In this document: piece by piece, positions 10,240 to 19,139 of the stretch | Layout of the letters: each line of letters opens with the position of its first letter | Numbering within the stretch: the stretch's first letter is position 1 | DNA from: Gemmatimonadaceae bacterium | Lineage (GTDB): Bacteria; Gemmatimonadota; Gemmatimonadetes; Gemmatimonadales; Gemmatimonadaceae | Direction: 5' to 3' | Assembly (NCBI GenBank): GCA_036008805.1 | Contig: DASYMZ010000193.1 | Location: 22,887 to 86,886, forward strand | DNA length: 64,000 bases | Made by a program: the position numbers and the translations under genes | Notes under the pieces: model-generated | Databases searched by the model: none | What the model saw: only the letters and a program-made list of their open reading frames with translations | What the model was told of the DNA's origin: nothing

Positions 10240-10626
10240 ATGTCGCGTACACGGACTGGCTTTACCCTCATCGAATTGCTGATCGTGGTCGTGATCATCG
10301 GCATCCTTGCCGCGATCGCGATCCCGAAATTTCAGAATACGAAGGGGAAGGCAAACGCCGCAGCGCTTCGTTCAGATCTGCGGAACCTCGCCGTCGCACA
10401 AGAAGCGTACTTCTTCACGTCGGCCACGTATGCGAGCGACACCGCCCAGCTGAACTTTCGCGGCTCGCCGGGCGTGATCCTCACGCTCTCGACTCCGGCG
10501 CCGGGCGGATGGGTGGCAACGGCGACGCACCCGCTGTCGTATCCGCTGCAGTGCGTGGTCTACTACGGCGCGGTGTCGCCGACGCCGCTGACGGGCATGG
10601 TCGAGGGCGTCCCGACCTGTCAGTAG
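10240..10626 (+). CDS. pilA: Type IV pilin / prepilin-type N-terminal cleavage-methylation domain protein
   Basis: Class III signal MSRTRTG|FTLIELLIVVVIIGILAAIAIPKF with Gly-1, Phe+1 and Glu+5. C-terminal Cys pair. 128 aa. Confidence 0.85.
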   Translation: MSRTRTGFTLIELLIVVVIIGILAAIAIPKFQNTKGKANAAALRSDLRNLAVAQEAYFFTSATYASDTAQLNFRGSPGVILTLSTPAPGGWVATATHPLSYPLQCVVYYGAVSPTPLTGMVEGVPTCQ

Positions 10627-10753
10627 CACCCTGGGCTGGAGGACGCGGGAGGCCGCTGTTCGGCGCTCGCGCGCAGGACGGCCTGTGACGACCAGTTCCG
10701 GGCGCGACGAGCCGACACCGCCCTATCGAGAGTTCCGATCGAGGCGAGACGGG

Positions 10754-11002
10754 ATGATTCACGCGATGGACGGTGGCCTCTGGCTGCATCGACACGTGTG
10801 GAAAGGACGCCAGATGGCGCACCTCGTCTCGACTGATCGAGCGGCGCTGCTGCGCTATGGCGCGCGAGTCGGCATCTCTGAATCGCGACTGCAGTACAAG
10901 CCGCTCAAGGATCCGCGCACGGGCCTTCGTCGTGCTGCGTGGCACTGGGACCTCGGTGGTCCCTATCTGCCACCTCCTGCCGCTGACGCACGAAACGATT
11001 AG
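10754..11002 (+). CDS. DUF4031-like small protein
   Basis: MAHLVSTDRAALLRYGARVGISESRLQY...AAWHWDL resembles the DUF4031 pattern (hLvaD..eELhaFA..lGl...W...HYDl). Family call is from memory. Start ATG 10754 or GTG 10685. Confidence 0.45.
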   Translation: MIHAMDGGLWLHRHVWKGRQMAHLVSTDRAALLRYGARVGISESRLQYKPLKDPRTGLRRAAWHWDLGGPYLPPPAADARND

Positions 11003-11008
11003 GAGGCG

Positions 11009-12394
11009 TCAGTCTCGCTGCTCGAGCGCTCGCTCGAGGGCCACAGCGTCGGACAGCAGTGCGTCGATCTCGGCGATCACCCGGTCCTGCAGCGCCGGAT
11101 CCGCACGCAACGCCAGATAGGTGCGCGCCCGACGCGCGGCACGACGGAATCGCCCGTGCAGCCGCCGGTGCACGTGCGCCGTCATGAAAAGGATTGCGAT
11201 GGCCAAGATTGCCCAGCTCCATCCACGCCATCGCACGAGAAGGACGAGGAGCGCGCCGTACCACACCAGCACGAATGCGATGCCCAGCAGGATCGTGCGC
11301 ATGGCTGGCTGGTCGCGCGACGGATCACCGCGGAGCGAGCCGAGTGCCAACCGGCGTGCGAGCGTGAGTGGAATCCAATGCGTCCAACCGCCCAGCACGG
11401 CGGCGACCCCCGCGAGCACAGCCCAGGCTCCCTCGCGCACCACGAACCATGCGCCGGGACGCAGACGGGGCGAGATGCGCACATCGGAGAGCGACATGCC
11501 ACGACGCTCGAGCGCCCGCTCGATCGCCTGCAGACGGGCCGTGAGCACGTCTGCGGCCGCGGTGACGACCGGCGACGCGTGTGGGAGCGCCGAGGTTGCG
11601 CGCTCGATCCGTCGCGCGACGTCGGCTTCAGCATCGAGCGAAGGTGGCGCATCGAGCGTTGCGGGGGTCGATGCGATCGCGACCAGGGTTCCTGCGAGAC
11701 CGACGGCGCGGGCCGCCTGCTCCGGCGTCGCGAAGTTGAGCGTCACCTCTCGCAGGCGAGCATCGAGCTCCGCGGTCAGTGCGCTTGCGTCCTTCGACGG
11801 CGCCGATGCGACCCACTCGTCGAGGGCGAGTGGGTCGCCGATGCGCACGAGCACTCGGCTCCCCGGTCGCTCCTTCTCCTCGTAGATCAACCCGAGGGAC
11901 AGCACGTGAAGGCCGACGGCTCCCTCGTCCCGTGCCTGCAGCGCCATGCGCGCCGCGCCTGACTTGAGCGGCGCGATGGACGGATCGTCATGGCTGATTC
12001 CTTCGGGAAACACGAGAATCGCCTGTCCGCCGAGCAGTGCGTTCGTGACGAGACGGAACGCCTCGGCGTTGCGTGTGCGCATCGACTCTGCGCTCGCTCC
12101 GGTGGCAGCACCGGAGGCCGACTCGTCCTTGGCGCGCCGGAGCGGAACCACACCAACCGCGTGGAGCAACGCCGCGAGCGCCGGTGACTCGAAGAGCGTG
12201 GCTTTCGCCGTGAGCAGGACACGCCGGCGCAACGCCGTGCCGACGAGCAGTGGATCGATCAGCGCGTTCGGGTGATTCGCGACGAGCACCAACGGACCAT
12301 CGCGCGGTGCGCGCTCCGGTCCCTGGACGACGACGTCGGCGTAGTACCAGCGGAGCGCGATCGCCGCCGTCGCTCGCAGCGCGCCGTACAGCAT
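11009..12394 (-). CDS. PlsC-family (lysophospholipid/glycerol-3-phosphate) acyltransferase with C-terminal membrane domain
   Basis: Acyltransferase blocks VANHPNALIDPLL, FPEGISH and LQARDEGAVGLHVLSLGLIYE, with C-terminal TM helices. True start is ATG 12394 (MLYGALRATA), 5 nt after the MFS stop. The 806-aa track ORF is an upstream shadow extension. Confidence 0.75.
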   Translation of the reverse strand: MLYGALRATAAIALRWYYADVVVQGPERAPRDGPLVLVANHPNALIDPLLVGTALRRRVLLTAKATLFESPALAALLHAVGVVPLRRAKDESASGAATGASAESMRTRNAEAFRLVTNALLGGQAILVFPEGISHDDPSIAPLKSGAARMALQARDEGAVGLHVLSLGLIYEEKERPGSRVLVRIGDPLALDEWVASAPSKDASALTAELDARLREVTLNFATPEQAARAVGLAGTLVAIASTPATLDAPPSLDAEADVARRIERATSALPHASPVVTAAADVLTARLQAIERALERRGMSLSDVRISPRLRPGAWFVVREGAWAVLAGVAAVLGGWTHWIPLTLARRLALGSLRGDPSRDQPAMRTILLGIAFVLVWYGALLVLLVRWRGWSWAILAIAILFMTAHVHRRLHGRFRRAARRARTYLALRADPALQDRVIAEIDALLSDAVALERALEQRD

Positions 12395-12399
12395 CTCCG

Positions 12400-13794
12400 T
12401 CAGGCCGCTTGCGTACGCTCGGGCACTCGCCGCAGCAACAGCAGCGAGAGCGCGAACATGACGGCCACGGTCAGCACCGCGGCGCGGTAGGCGATACCCG
12501 TGCCGAACGAAGGTTCGAGACCGTACACGGTAAAGCTCCAGACGAAGGGACCAGCGATGGCCGCGGCCCGCGAGGACAGGAGCATGAGGCTGAAGTAGCG
12601 ACCCGACTCTTCGGCCGGGACGAGCGAGAGGAGGAGCGGTCGTTCGGCGGTGGGCACGCCGCCGAAGATGAGCCCGATCCCGAGCCCGACCGCCCAGAAC
12701 GCGTTCTGCGTCGGTACGATCACCATCGCGACCAACAGCGCGATCCAGGCGAGGATCGTGATGTACAGCGTGCGCCGCGCGCCCAGGCGGTCGACCATTC
12801 GGCCGGCGAGATAGCTCCCGAAGATCGCCGGCACCGTGAGCACTAAAAAGAGCGTCGTCTCGGCGCCCTTCGCGAAGCCCATCGCCTTCACGGCGTAGAC
12901 CGCCATGAACGACACAATGGTGCCGATGGCGTCCTGGTAGAGAAACGACGACACGATGAACGGCAGCGCGCCGGGATGGCGCTTGGCGTCGCGCAGGGTA
13001 TGGGCGACATCCGCGAAGGCGGCGCGCCATGCGATGGGCGCCCGATCCGCTCGCGGATGGTGGTCGCGGCAGAACAGGAAGAGCGGAAGCGAGAACAGAA
13101 GAAACAGCACCGCAGTGGGAACGAACGTCGACACGCGGCCGGCGTGTTCGGAAAAGGGGATGACGCTCCGCAGGAGCGTCACCACGCTCTCGGGCAGCTT
13201 GCCGAACAAGGGAACCGCGCCGCTGAAGAAGGGAAAGACGAGGAGCAGCCCCACGATGGTGCCGACGTAGCCGACCGCGGTACCGATTCCCGACAGGCGG
13301 CCCCGCTCTTCCGGAGGGACCAGGTCGGGCATCATCGCGTTGTAGAAGGGCTGGGCGGCCTGATACGCGTAGTTGGCGATGACGAACGCCAGGAGGACCC
13401 AGCCGAACGTGCCGATCGTCGGAGCCCAACCCGATGGGAGCGAGCTGCCACCCAGTACTTCGGCGCCGGCGAGCGGTAGCGTTCGTTGGCCAAGGATCCC
13501 GATGGCGGCGCAGCCGATGCAGGACGCGATCGTGAAGCCGACGACCCAGGGTTTGCGCCGCCGGCGTGCGTCGGAGATGGCGCCGAGCACCGGCACGGAG
13601 AGCACGACGAGCAGCGAGGCGATACCATTGCCCACGGCGTACGCGATGTCGGACGCGTGCAGGTCGGTAATGATCCAGACGGAGAAGTAGAGCGTCGCGA
13701 CATTCATCGAGAAGATGGTGTTCGCGAAATCGTACAGCGCCCAGCTCGCACGCTCCCGAACCGGTGCGCGATGTGCGTGAGCGGGGGACGTCAT
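12400..13794 (-). CDS. MFS transporter, UMF1/Atg22-like family
   Basis: N-terminal signature SWALYDFANTIFSMNVATLYF and about 12 TM helices. 464 aa. Confidence 0.8.
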   Translation of the reverse strand: MTSPAHAHRAPVRERASWALYDFANTIFSMNVATLYFSVWIITDLHASDIAYAVGNGIASLLVVLSVPVLGAISDARRRRKPWVVGFTIASCIGCAAIGILGQRTLPLAGAEVLGGSSLPSGWAPTIGTFGWVLLAFVIANYAYQAAQPFYNAMMPDLVPPEERGRLSGIGTAVGYVGTIVGLLLVFPFFSGAVPLFGKLPESVVTLLRSVIPFSEHAGRVSTFVPTAVLFLLFSLPLFLFCRDHHPRADRAPIAWRAAFADVAHTLRDAKRHPGALPFIVSSFLYQDAIGTIVSFMAVYAVKAMGFAKGAETTLFLVLTVPAIFGSYLAGRMVDRLGARRTLYITILAWIALLVAMVIVPTQNAFWAVGLGIGLIFGGVPTAERPLLLSLVPAEESGRYFSLMLLSSRAAAIAGPFVWSFTVYGLEPSFGTGIAYRAAVLTVAVMFALSLLLLRRVPERTQAA

Positions 13795-13872
13795 CGATCG
13801 GTCACGAGGAATCGCATGCGCAGAGCTCCCGTTCGTGTTGACGGCCAGCAGCGGAGTGGCAAATTACCTCGC

Positions 13873-14829
13873 ATGTTCTCCATCCGCTTCGGTGACGTTG
13901 GACGGGCTTGCCGAGTGTCCGCGCTGCTTGCCTCGGCGGCGCTCTTCGACGCGTGCAAGCGCGACGCGCCCGTGGTACGGGTGGACAGTGCGGCGCCGAC
14001 AGTAGCCGCGCCAACGGATTCGGGTGGTCCGGCGCCGCGTGCAAGTGGCTGGAACGCCGCCGCCGGTCCCGTGCTGCTCGTCGCCGGACCATCGCCTGAC
14101 GAGGCGATCGTCTTTCTCGCGGACGCGAACGAAGGCACAGCACCCGCGATCGACACCGGAGCAGTCGACCAGGGGACGGTCACGCTTCTGGGTCGCGACG
14201 GCGCTCGCTCCACGGCGACGCTCGAGCTGCCCGCTGGAAACGATAGCGCGATCTGCCGCATTTGGCCGCTCCGCAACGTGCGAGCGAACGGGAAAGCGGG
14301 AACGTGGGCCGTGGGATTCGTGAGCGAGAACGTCGCATCGGTTCCGCTCGATTCCGTCGAGGCGCTGTCGCCTCGTGATAGCATGACGCTGGTGGCCGAG
14401 GCCACACGGCTCGCGTCGTCGGTGACCGCGAACACGGCGCCGACGTTTCAAGGGCTGCGATTCACCGCGCACGACATCCGTCGCTTCGAGGCGGCATCGG
14501 GGGTGCAAGCGCTCGTTGCGCAGTTGAGTCGCCGCGTCAATCAGGAGGCTGATCCGCAGGAGGAGCAAACGCTGCTCGTCGCCGAGCGCGATAGCGGCGT
14601 CACGAGCGGTCCGTATCAGCTCGTGTATGCCGAGCGCGCATTCGGCCGAGAGGACGAGGTGCGTACGAGCGAGGTGGTCGCCGCGGTGCGCATCGGGTCG
14701 ACGGGTCCACCCTCGCTCGTCGTGGCGCGAGAAGGAAATGAGGGACTCGCCTACGCCTTCCTCGCGCGGGAGGGCAGCCGGCAGTGGAAGGTGCGCTGGA
14801 CCAGCGCACTGGCGAAGTGCGCCGACTGA
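13873..14829 (+). CDS. Hypothetical secreted protein or lipoprotein
   Basis: ATG 13873 gives MFSIRFGDVGRACRVSALLASAALFDAC..., a signal-like N-terminus with Cys. GC3-rich. No family recognised. The ORF-track N-terminal extension (13486-13872) is antisense to the MFS gene. Confidence 0.5.
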   Translation: MFSIRFGDVGRACRVSALLASAALFDACKRDAPVVRVDSAAPTVAAPTDSGGPAPRASGWNAAAGPVLLVAGPSPDEAIVFLADANEGTAPAIDTGAVDQGTVTLLGRDGARSTATLELPAGNDSAICRIWPLRNVRANGKAGTWAVGFVSENVASVPLDSVEALSPRDSMTLVAEATRLASSVTANTAPTFQGLRFTAHDIRRFEAASGVQALVAQLSRRVNQEADPQEEQTLLVAERDSGVTSGPYQLVYAERAFGREDEVRTSEVVAAVRIGSTGPPSLVVAREGNEGLAYAFLAREGSRQWKVRWTSALAKCAD

Positions 14830-14850
14830 GGACGACGCGATCGTCGTCGG

Positions 14851-15771
14851 TCATCGACGGGGCTCGAGGGCCTTTCCCAGCGCAGCCGGCGCGCGCGCGC
14901 GCCCCACTGCCCCGGCGAGCGCGGTGAGCGTCAGGAGATACGGCGCCACGAGAAAGAGCTGATACGGCGCCCTCCACCCCATGGCCTGAAACGCGAACTG
15001 CAGCGCGCTCGCCGCTCCGAACAACAACGCACCGCCCGCGACGCCCAACGGCGTCCACCGCCCCAGCACCACGATGGCGATCGCGATGAAGCCGCGGCCG
15101 GCCGACATGCCTTCCGCGAATGTGCCCGCCTGGGCCAGCACGAGCGTGCCACCGGCGATGCCGCCCAACGCGCCGCCGGTGAGGATCGCGGCCGTTCGCA
15201 TCCGGTCGACATTGATGCCAGCCGCCTCCGCGGCCTCGGGACGTTCGCCGACTGCGCGAAGCGCGAGACCAGCATGGGTACGAGACAGCCACCATGCGAG
15301 CACGGGACCGAGGAGATACGCGAGATAGGTGATCGGAGGTTGCGAGAAGAGCGCAGCGCCCACGACGGGAAGTGCCGAGAGGCCGGGAATGGAGAATGGG
15401 GCGCTGGTTGGAATGCCGAGCGCCGCCCCCGAGCTGCCGAACAGGGTGCGATACAGGGTGCCAGTCGCTCCGACGCTCAGCAGGGTGAGCGCCGTTCCCG
15501 CGATGATCTGATCGGCGCGCATCACGATCACGCACAGCGCGAACAGCGCACCGACCAGCAGTCCCGCGACGAGCGCGGCGACGAATCCAGCCGCGACGCC
15601 ACCCGCGGAGGCGCCGACGAGCGCGCCGAACGCGCCGGCCAGGATCGCGCCCTCGAGGCCGATGTTGATCAGGCCCGCACGTTCCACTAGCAACTCTCCC
15701 ATCGCAGCCAGCGCGAGTGGCACCGCGGTCCGAATGGTCGCCGCGAGGAAGGGCGCGATGACGTCCGTCAT
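14851..15771 (-). CDS. ABC transporter permease (BMP/nucleoside-type importer, second permease)
   Basis: MTDVIAPFLAATIRTAVPLALAAMGELLVERAGLINIGLEGAIL is typical of the BPD_transp_2 permease family. ATGA overlap with the upstream permease stop (15768-15771). Confidence 0.85.
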   Translation of the reverse strand: MTDVIAPFLAATIRTAVPLALAAMGELLVERAGLINIGLEGAILAGAFGALVGASAGGVAAGFVAALVAGLLVGALFALCVIVMRADQIIAGTALTLLSVGATGTLYRTLFGSSGAALGIPTSAPFSIPGLSALPVVGAALFSQPPITYLAYLLGPVLAWWLSRTHAGLALRAVGERPEAAEAAGINVDRMRTAAILTGGALGGIAGGTLVLAQAGTFAEGMSAGRGFIAIAIVVLGRWTPLGVAGGALLFGAASALQFAFQAMGWRAPYQLFLVAPYLLTLTALAGAVGRARAPAALGKALEPRR

Positions 15772-16856
15772 GCGTCGGGCGGGCTCGCGAGTGGCATCCC
15801 ACTGGCCGAGATCCTGCGCACGCGAGCCGCCCGCCCCACGACGACCGCCAGGATGAGCAGCGCTTCGATGACCGACACGAGACTCGATGGCACGCCCGCA
15901 TCGCGCTGCATGGCCCCGGCGCCTGCCTCGAGTGCGCCGAAGAGCATGGAGGTGAGCAGGACGCGCCATGGATCGAGGCCGGCGAGCAGCGCGACGGCGA
16001 TGGCGGTGTAGCCGTAGCCCGGCGAGATGTTCTCGTACAGTGCGAAGGTGATCCCCAGCACCTCCACTCCCCCGGCGAGACCAGCCAGCCCGCCACTCGC
16101 CATGAGCGCCCGCGCCATGGTCCGCGGTACGTCGATACCACCCGCGCTCGCCGCTGCCGAAGGACTCTCGCCCACGGCGATGAGTCGAAAGCCGGCGGCG
16201 GCACGTCGAAAGAACCACCCGGCGAGCACGGTCGAGAGGACCGCGATCACCAGACCGACATGCAGTCGCCCCGCACCAGGGATGCGTGGCAGATGGAGCG
16301 CGTCCACGATCGTCGCGCTCTGCGGATACACCCGCGTGGGCTCTTGCAGCGGGCCGCGCACGAGATACGACACGGCGTACAGCGCGACGAAGTTCAGCAT
16401 GATCGTGCTGATCACTTCGAGCACGCCGAACCTGGCGCGAATCAGGGCGGCAATCGCCGCCCATGCCGCGCCGGCTGCCGTGGCGACGAGAAGCGCCGAC
16501 ACGATGAGCACCGGTGCGGGTAGCCGCCCGAGCGGCAGCGCGAGCACGAGCGCCGTCGCGGCCGCGGCGCCGGAGAGGAACTGGCCTTCCGCGCCGATGT
16601 TGAAGACCCCAGCTCTGAATGCGACCGAGACCGCGCATCCGGTGAACATCAACGGGATCGCCCGCACGAGAGTGGACGAGGTGAATGCGTACCAGCTCCC
16701 GAAGGAGCCAAGCCAGAGCGCGCGAAGCCCTGCCCCGACCTGATAGCCTCCGGCCAGGAGCAGAAGCGCGGAGCTGAGCGCGATGGCGGCGAGCACCACG
16801 ACCGCGAGTGCGATCTCGCCGAGCAACCGACGCGAGCGTGAGTGCGGCATGCTCAT
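15768..16856 (-). CDS. ABC transporter permease (BMP/nucleoside-type importer, first permease)
   Basis: Multi-TM protein containing GVFNIGAEGQFLSGAAAA. ATG 16856 overlaps the ATPase stop by 4 nt. Confidence 0.85.
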   Translation of the reverse strand: MSMPHSRSRRLLGEIALAVVVLAAIALSSALLLLAGGYQVGAGLRALWLGSFGSWYAFTSSTLVRAIPLMFTGCAVSVAFRAGVFNIGAEGQFLSGAAAATALVLALPLGRLPAPVLIVSALLVATAAGAAWAAIAALIRARFGVLEVISTIMLNFVALYAVSYLVRGPLQEPTRVYPQSATIVDALHLPRIPGAGRLHVGLVIAVLSTVLAGWFFRRAAAGFRLIAVGESPSAAASAGGIDVPRTMARALMASGGLAGLAGGVEVLGITFALYENISPGYGYTAIAVALLAGLDPWRVLLTSMLFGALEAGAGAMQRDAGVPSSLVSVIEALLILAVVVGRAARVRRISASGMPLASPPDA

Positions 16857-18328
16857 CCCGTACCGAGCATCGCCTGCCCGATCGTGTCGCGGTCGAGCGC
16901 GACTTCGCGCACCGTTCCTCCGTGCACGACGAGCACGCGGGTCGCGAGCAGCAGCACTTCGTCCAGGTCGTTGGAGTAGAGCACCACCGCGGCACCGTCC
17001 GCGCTCGCCTGGCGAAGCCGGGCGTGAATGTCGGCGGTCGCGCGGATGTCGAGCCCTCGGGTGGGGTTTTCGGCGACGATCGCGTGTGTCTTCACGCCAG
17101 CGTCGGCGTGAAGCTCCCGCGCGACGACGAGCTTCTGCTGATTTCCTCCGGACAGGGCGCGAAGTGGCGTGCGAGAGTCCGGCGGTCGCACATCGAACGC
17201 CTCGAGCAATGCCTCGGTGCCTGCGCGGGCCGACTTCCAATCGATGATGCCGCGTCGCGTCCCGGCACCACGCAGCACGACATTCTCCGACAGATCGCGA
17301 TCGAGCAGAACCGCATCGTGGTGCCGGTCTTCAGGGATGAAGCCGACCTCCGGCGGGCGGATCAACTCTCCCGCGGATGGCGCGATGCGACCGGCGAGCG
17401 CGCGAAGCAGGTCACGCTGCCCACTTCCCTCGATGCCGGCAATGCCGACGATCTCGCCAGCTCGCACGTCGAAGGTCGCGTCACGCAGGCGATCGACACC
17501 GTTGCCGTCGGTGAGTCGAAGCCGCTGGGCGCGAAATACGATTGGTCCATCGAGAGATCGCGCGTGCGCAGATGCGCTCGCGACGACCGCGGCGCTGTCG
17601 GTTCCCAGCATGGCATCCGCGAGCGCTTCCGTCGTCGTGCTCGCGCCTCGTTCGGCGAGCACGGTGCGTCCACGGCGCAACACCGTCACGTCGTCCGCCA
17701 CGCTGAGCGCCTCACCCAGCTTGTGGGTGATGAGCACGACGGAATTGCCTGCATCCGCATAGCTGCGCAGCCATGCCAGCAGCACGCGCGATTCTTCCGG
17801 CGCGAGAACGGCCGTCGGCTCGTCGAGGATGAGCACGCGCGCATCACGGACGAGCGCCTTGGCGATCTCGACGCGCTGCTGCGCGCCAACGGACAACGAC
17901 TCGACGCGGGCCGAGGGATCGAGCGCGAACCCAGTGCGGTCGGCGATGTCGCGCACGCGTGCTCTCACCCGACCGATGTCCAGCATGCCGTGCGCACCGA
18001 GCGCGACGTTCTCGGCGATCGTCATGACCGGCACGAGCGTGAAGTGCTGGTGCACCATGCCGATCCCCAGCGCGATCGCATCGGAAGGAGTCGTGATCGT
18101 GACCCGCGCTCCATCGACGAGCACCGCACCGGCATCTGGGCGCACGAGGCCATACGCGATGCGCATCAGGGTGGTCTTGCCAGCACCATTCTCGCCGAGC
18201 AGGGCGTGTACGGTTCCGGTTCGTACCTGGAGCGATGCGCCGTCGAGCGCGACGAACGAGCCGTAGCGCTTCGCGATGCTCTCGAGCGACAGCGCGGAAG
18301 CCGTGGCGAGGGCGGGCTGCGCGGTCAT
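16853..18328 (-). CDS. ABC transporter ATP-binding protein (duplicated ATPase cassette)
   Basis: Walker A GENGAGKTTLMRI, signature LSVGAQQRVEIAKAL, Walker B VLILDEPT, and a second cassette with LSGGNQQKLVVAREL. Confidence 0.9.
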   Translation of the reverse strand: MTAQPALATASALSLESIAKRYGSFVALDGASLQVRTGTVHALLGENGAGKTTLMRIAYGLVRPDAGAVLVDGARVTITTPSDAIALGIGMVHQHFTLVPVMTIAENVALGAHGMLDIGRVRARVRDIADRTGFALDPSARVESLSVGAQQRVEIAKALVRDARVLILDEPTAVLAPEESRVLLAWLRSYADAGNSVVLITHKLGEALSVADDVTVLRRGRTVLAERGASTTTEALADAMLGTDSAAVVASASAHARSLDGPIVFRAQRLRLTDGNGVDRLRDATFDVRAGEIVGIAGIEGSGQRDLLRALAGRIAPSAGELIRPPEVGFIPEDRHHDAVLLDRDLSENVVLRGAGTRRGIIDWKSARAGTEALLEAFDVRPPDSRTPLRALSGGNQQKLVVARELHADAGVKTHAIVAENPTRGLDIRATADIHARLRQASADGAAVVLYSNDLDEVLLLATRVLVVHGGTVREVALDRDTIGQAMLGTG

Positions 18329-18344
18329 GCGCTCGCGTCGTCGA

Positions 18345-19136
18345 TCAGAGGCCGGACGGCGCGTCGATGAAGCTCCACGGAATTCCGAATGCGCGCTCCA
18401 CTTCCTGGCCGAGCGCGCGCACGCCGAACGTCTCGGTTGCGTAGTGGCCGGCGTAGAGAATCGCGATGCCGAGCTCCGGCGCGTCGACCGCGGTGTGGTG
18501 CGGTCCCTCGCCGACGATCATCGTGTCGACGCCTGCGGCCGCCGCCTCTTGGAGCGTGTCGCTGGAGGCGCCGGCGCCCGTGCAGATCGCCCACCGCCGC
18601 GTGCGACGGCCGGGCTCCGTGGGCGTGGCGACGAGGTGCCCCCCTTCGCGATTCGCAATCGCGGCACACCGCGACGCGAGCTCGGACGTCTCGACGTCGG
18701 CTTCGCCCATGACGCCGATGCTGACACCCTGAAAGCTCGCGAAGCCGGCGGTCGGTGTGACGCGCAGCTCACGCGCGAGCAGCGCGTTGTTGCCGATCTC
18801 CGGATGCAGGTCGAGCGGAAGGTGAGACGAATAGACGGCGAGGTCGTTCGCGATCAGACGGCGGATCCGCTCGAACACGCGTCCACGCAGTGGCTGCGCA
18901 CCTCCCCAGAACAACCCGTGATGTACGAGGAGGAGCGTCGCGCCACTCTCGATCGCGGCATCGATCGTCCGGAGCGAGGCGTCAACCGCGACGGCACATC
19001 GAGTCACGGGACCGATGTGCTCTACCTGAACTCCATTCATCGCGCCGGGATAGTCCGGGACCTCCTTCGTCCGCAGCAGGTCGTCGAGGTGTTCGGCGAT
19101 CTTCGTCAGGGGTGCGCAGGAGGCGGGGGTCGTCAT
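18345..19136 (-). CDS. NIF3/YbgI-family dinuclear metal centre protein (GTP cyclohydrolase 1 type 2 homologue)
   Basis: LLLVHHGLFWGG, SHLPLDLHPEIGNN and AGHYATETFGV are metal-ligand motifs of the NIF3 family. 263 aa. Confidence 0.85.
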   Translation of the reverse strand: MTTPASCAPLTKIAEHLDDLLRTKEVPDYPGAMNGVQVEHIGPVTRCAVAVDASLRTIDAAIESGATLLLVHHGLFWGGAQPLRGRVFERIRRLIANDLAVYSSHLPLDLHPEIGNNALLARELRVTPTAGFASFQGVSIGVMGEADVETSELASRCAAIANREGGHLVATPTEPGRRTRRWAICTGAGASSDTLQEAAAAGVDTMIVGEGPHHTAVDAPELGIAILYAGHYATETFGVRALGQEVERAFGIPWSFIDAPSGL

Positions 19137-19139
19137 CGC

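Noticed and set aside
10086-10688. 200-aa ORF overlapping the pilin gene in another frame
   Set aside because: The pilin frame has the diagnostic prepilin leader and hydrophobic helix. The alternative frame is Arg/Pro-rich with no signature.
11009-13429. 806-aa ORF suggesting a giant fusion protein
   Set aside because: Only the C-terminal 462 aa (from ATG 12394) look like a real protein, a PlsC-type acyltransferase. The N-terminal ~340 aa are Arg/Pro/Gly-rich and overlap the well-supported MFS gene in another frame of the same strand. This is a typical high-GC open shadow frame.
13486-13872. N-terminal extension of the 447-aa ORF
   Set aside because: It is antisense to the 5' part of the MFS gene, and its translation is Asp/Arg/Gly-rich. 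A signal-peptide-like start exists at ATG 13873, just beyond the MFS start.
14851-17240. 714-aa and 490-aa ORFs overlapping each other in the ABC transporter region
   Set aside because: Their N-terminal parts are Arg-rich nonsense that overlaps the upstream gene. Sensible starts with ATGA stop/start overlaps exist at 15771 and 16856 and give normal-sized permeases.
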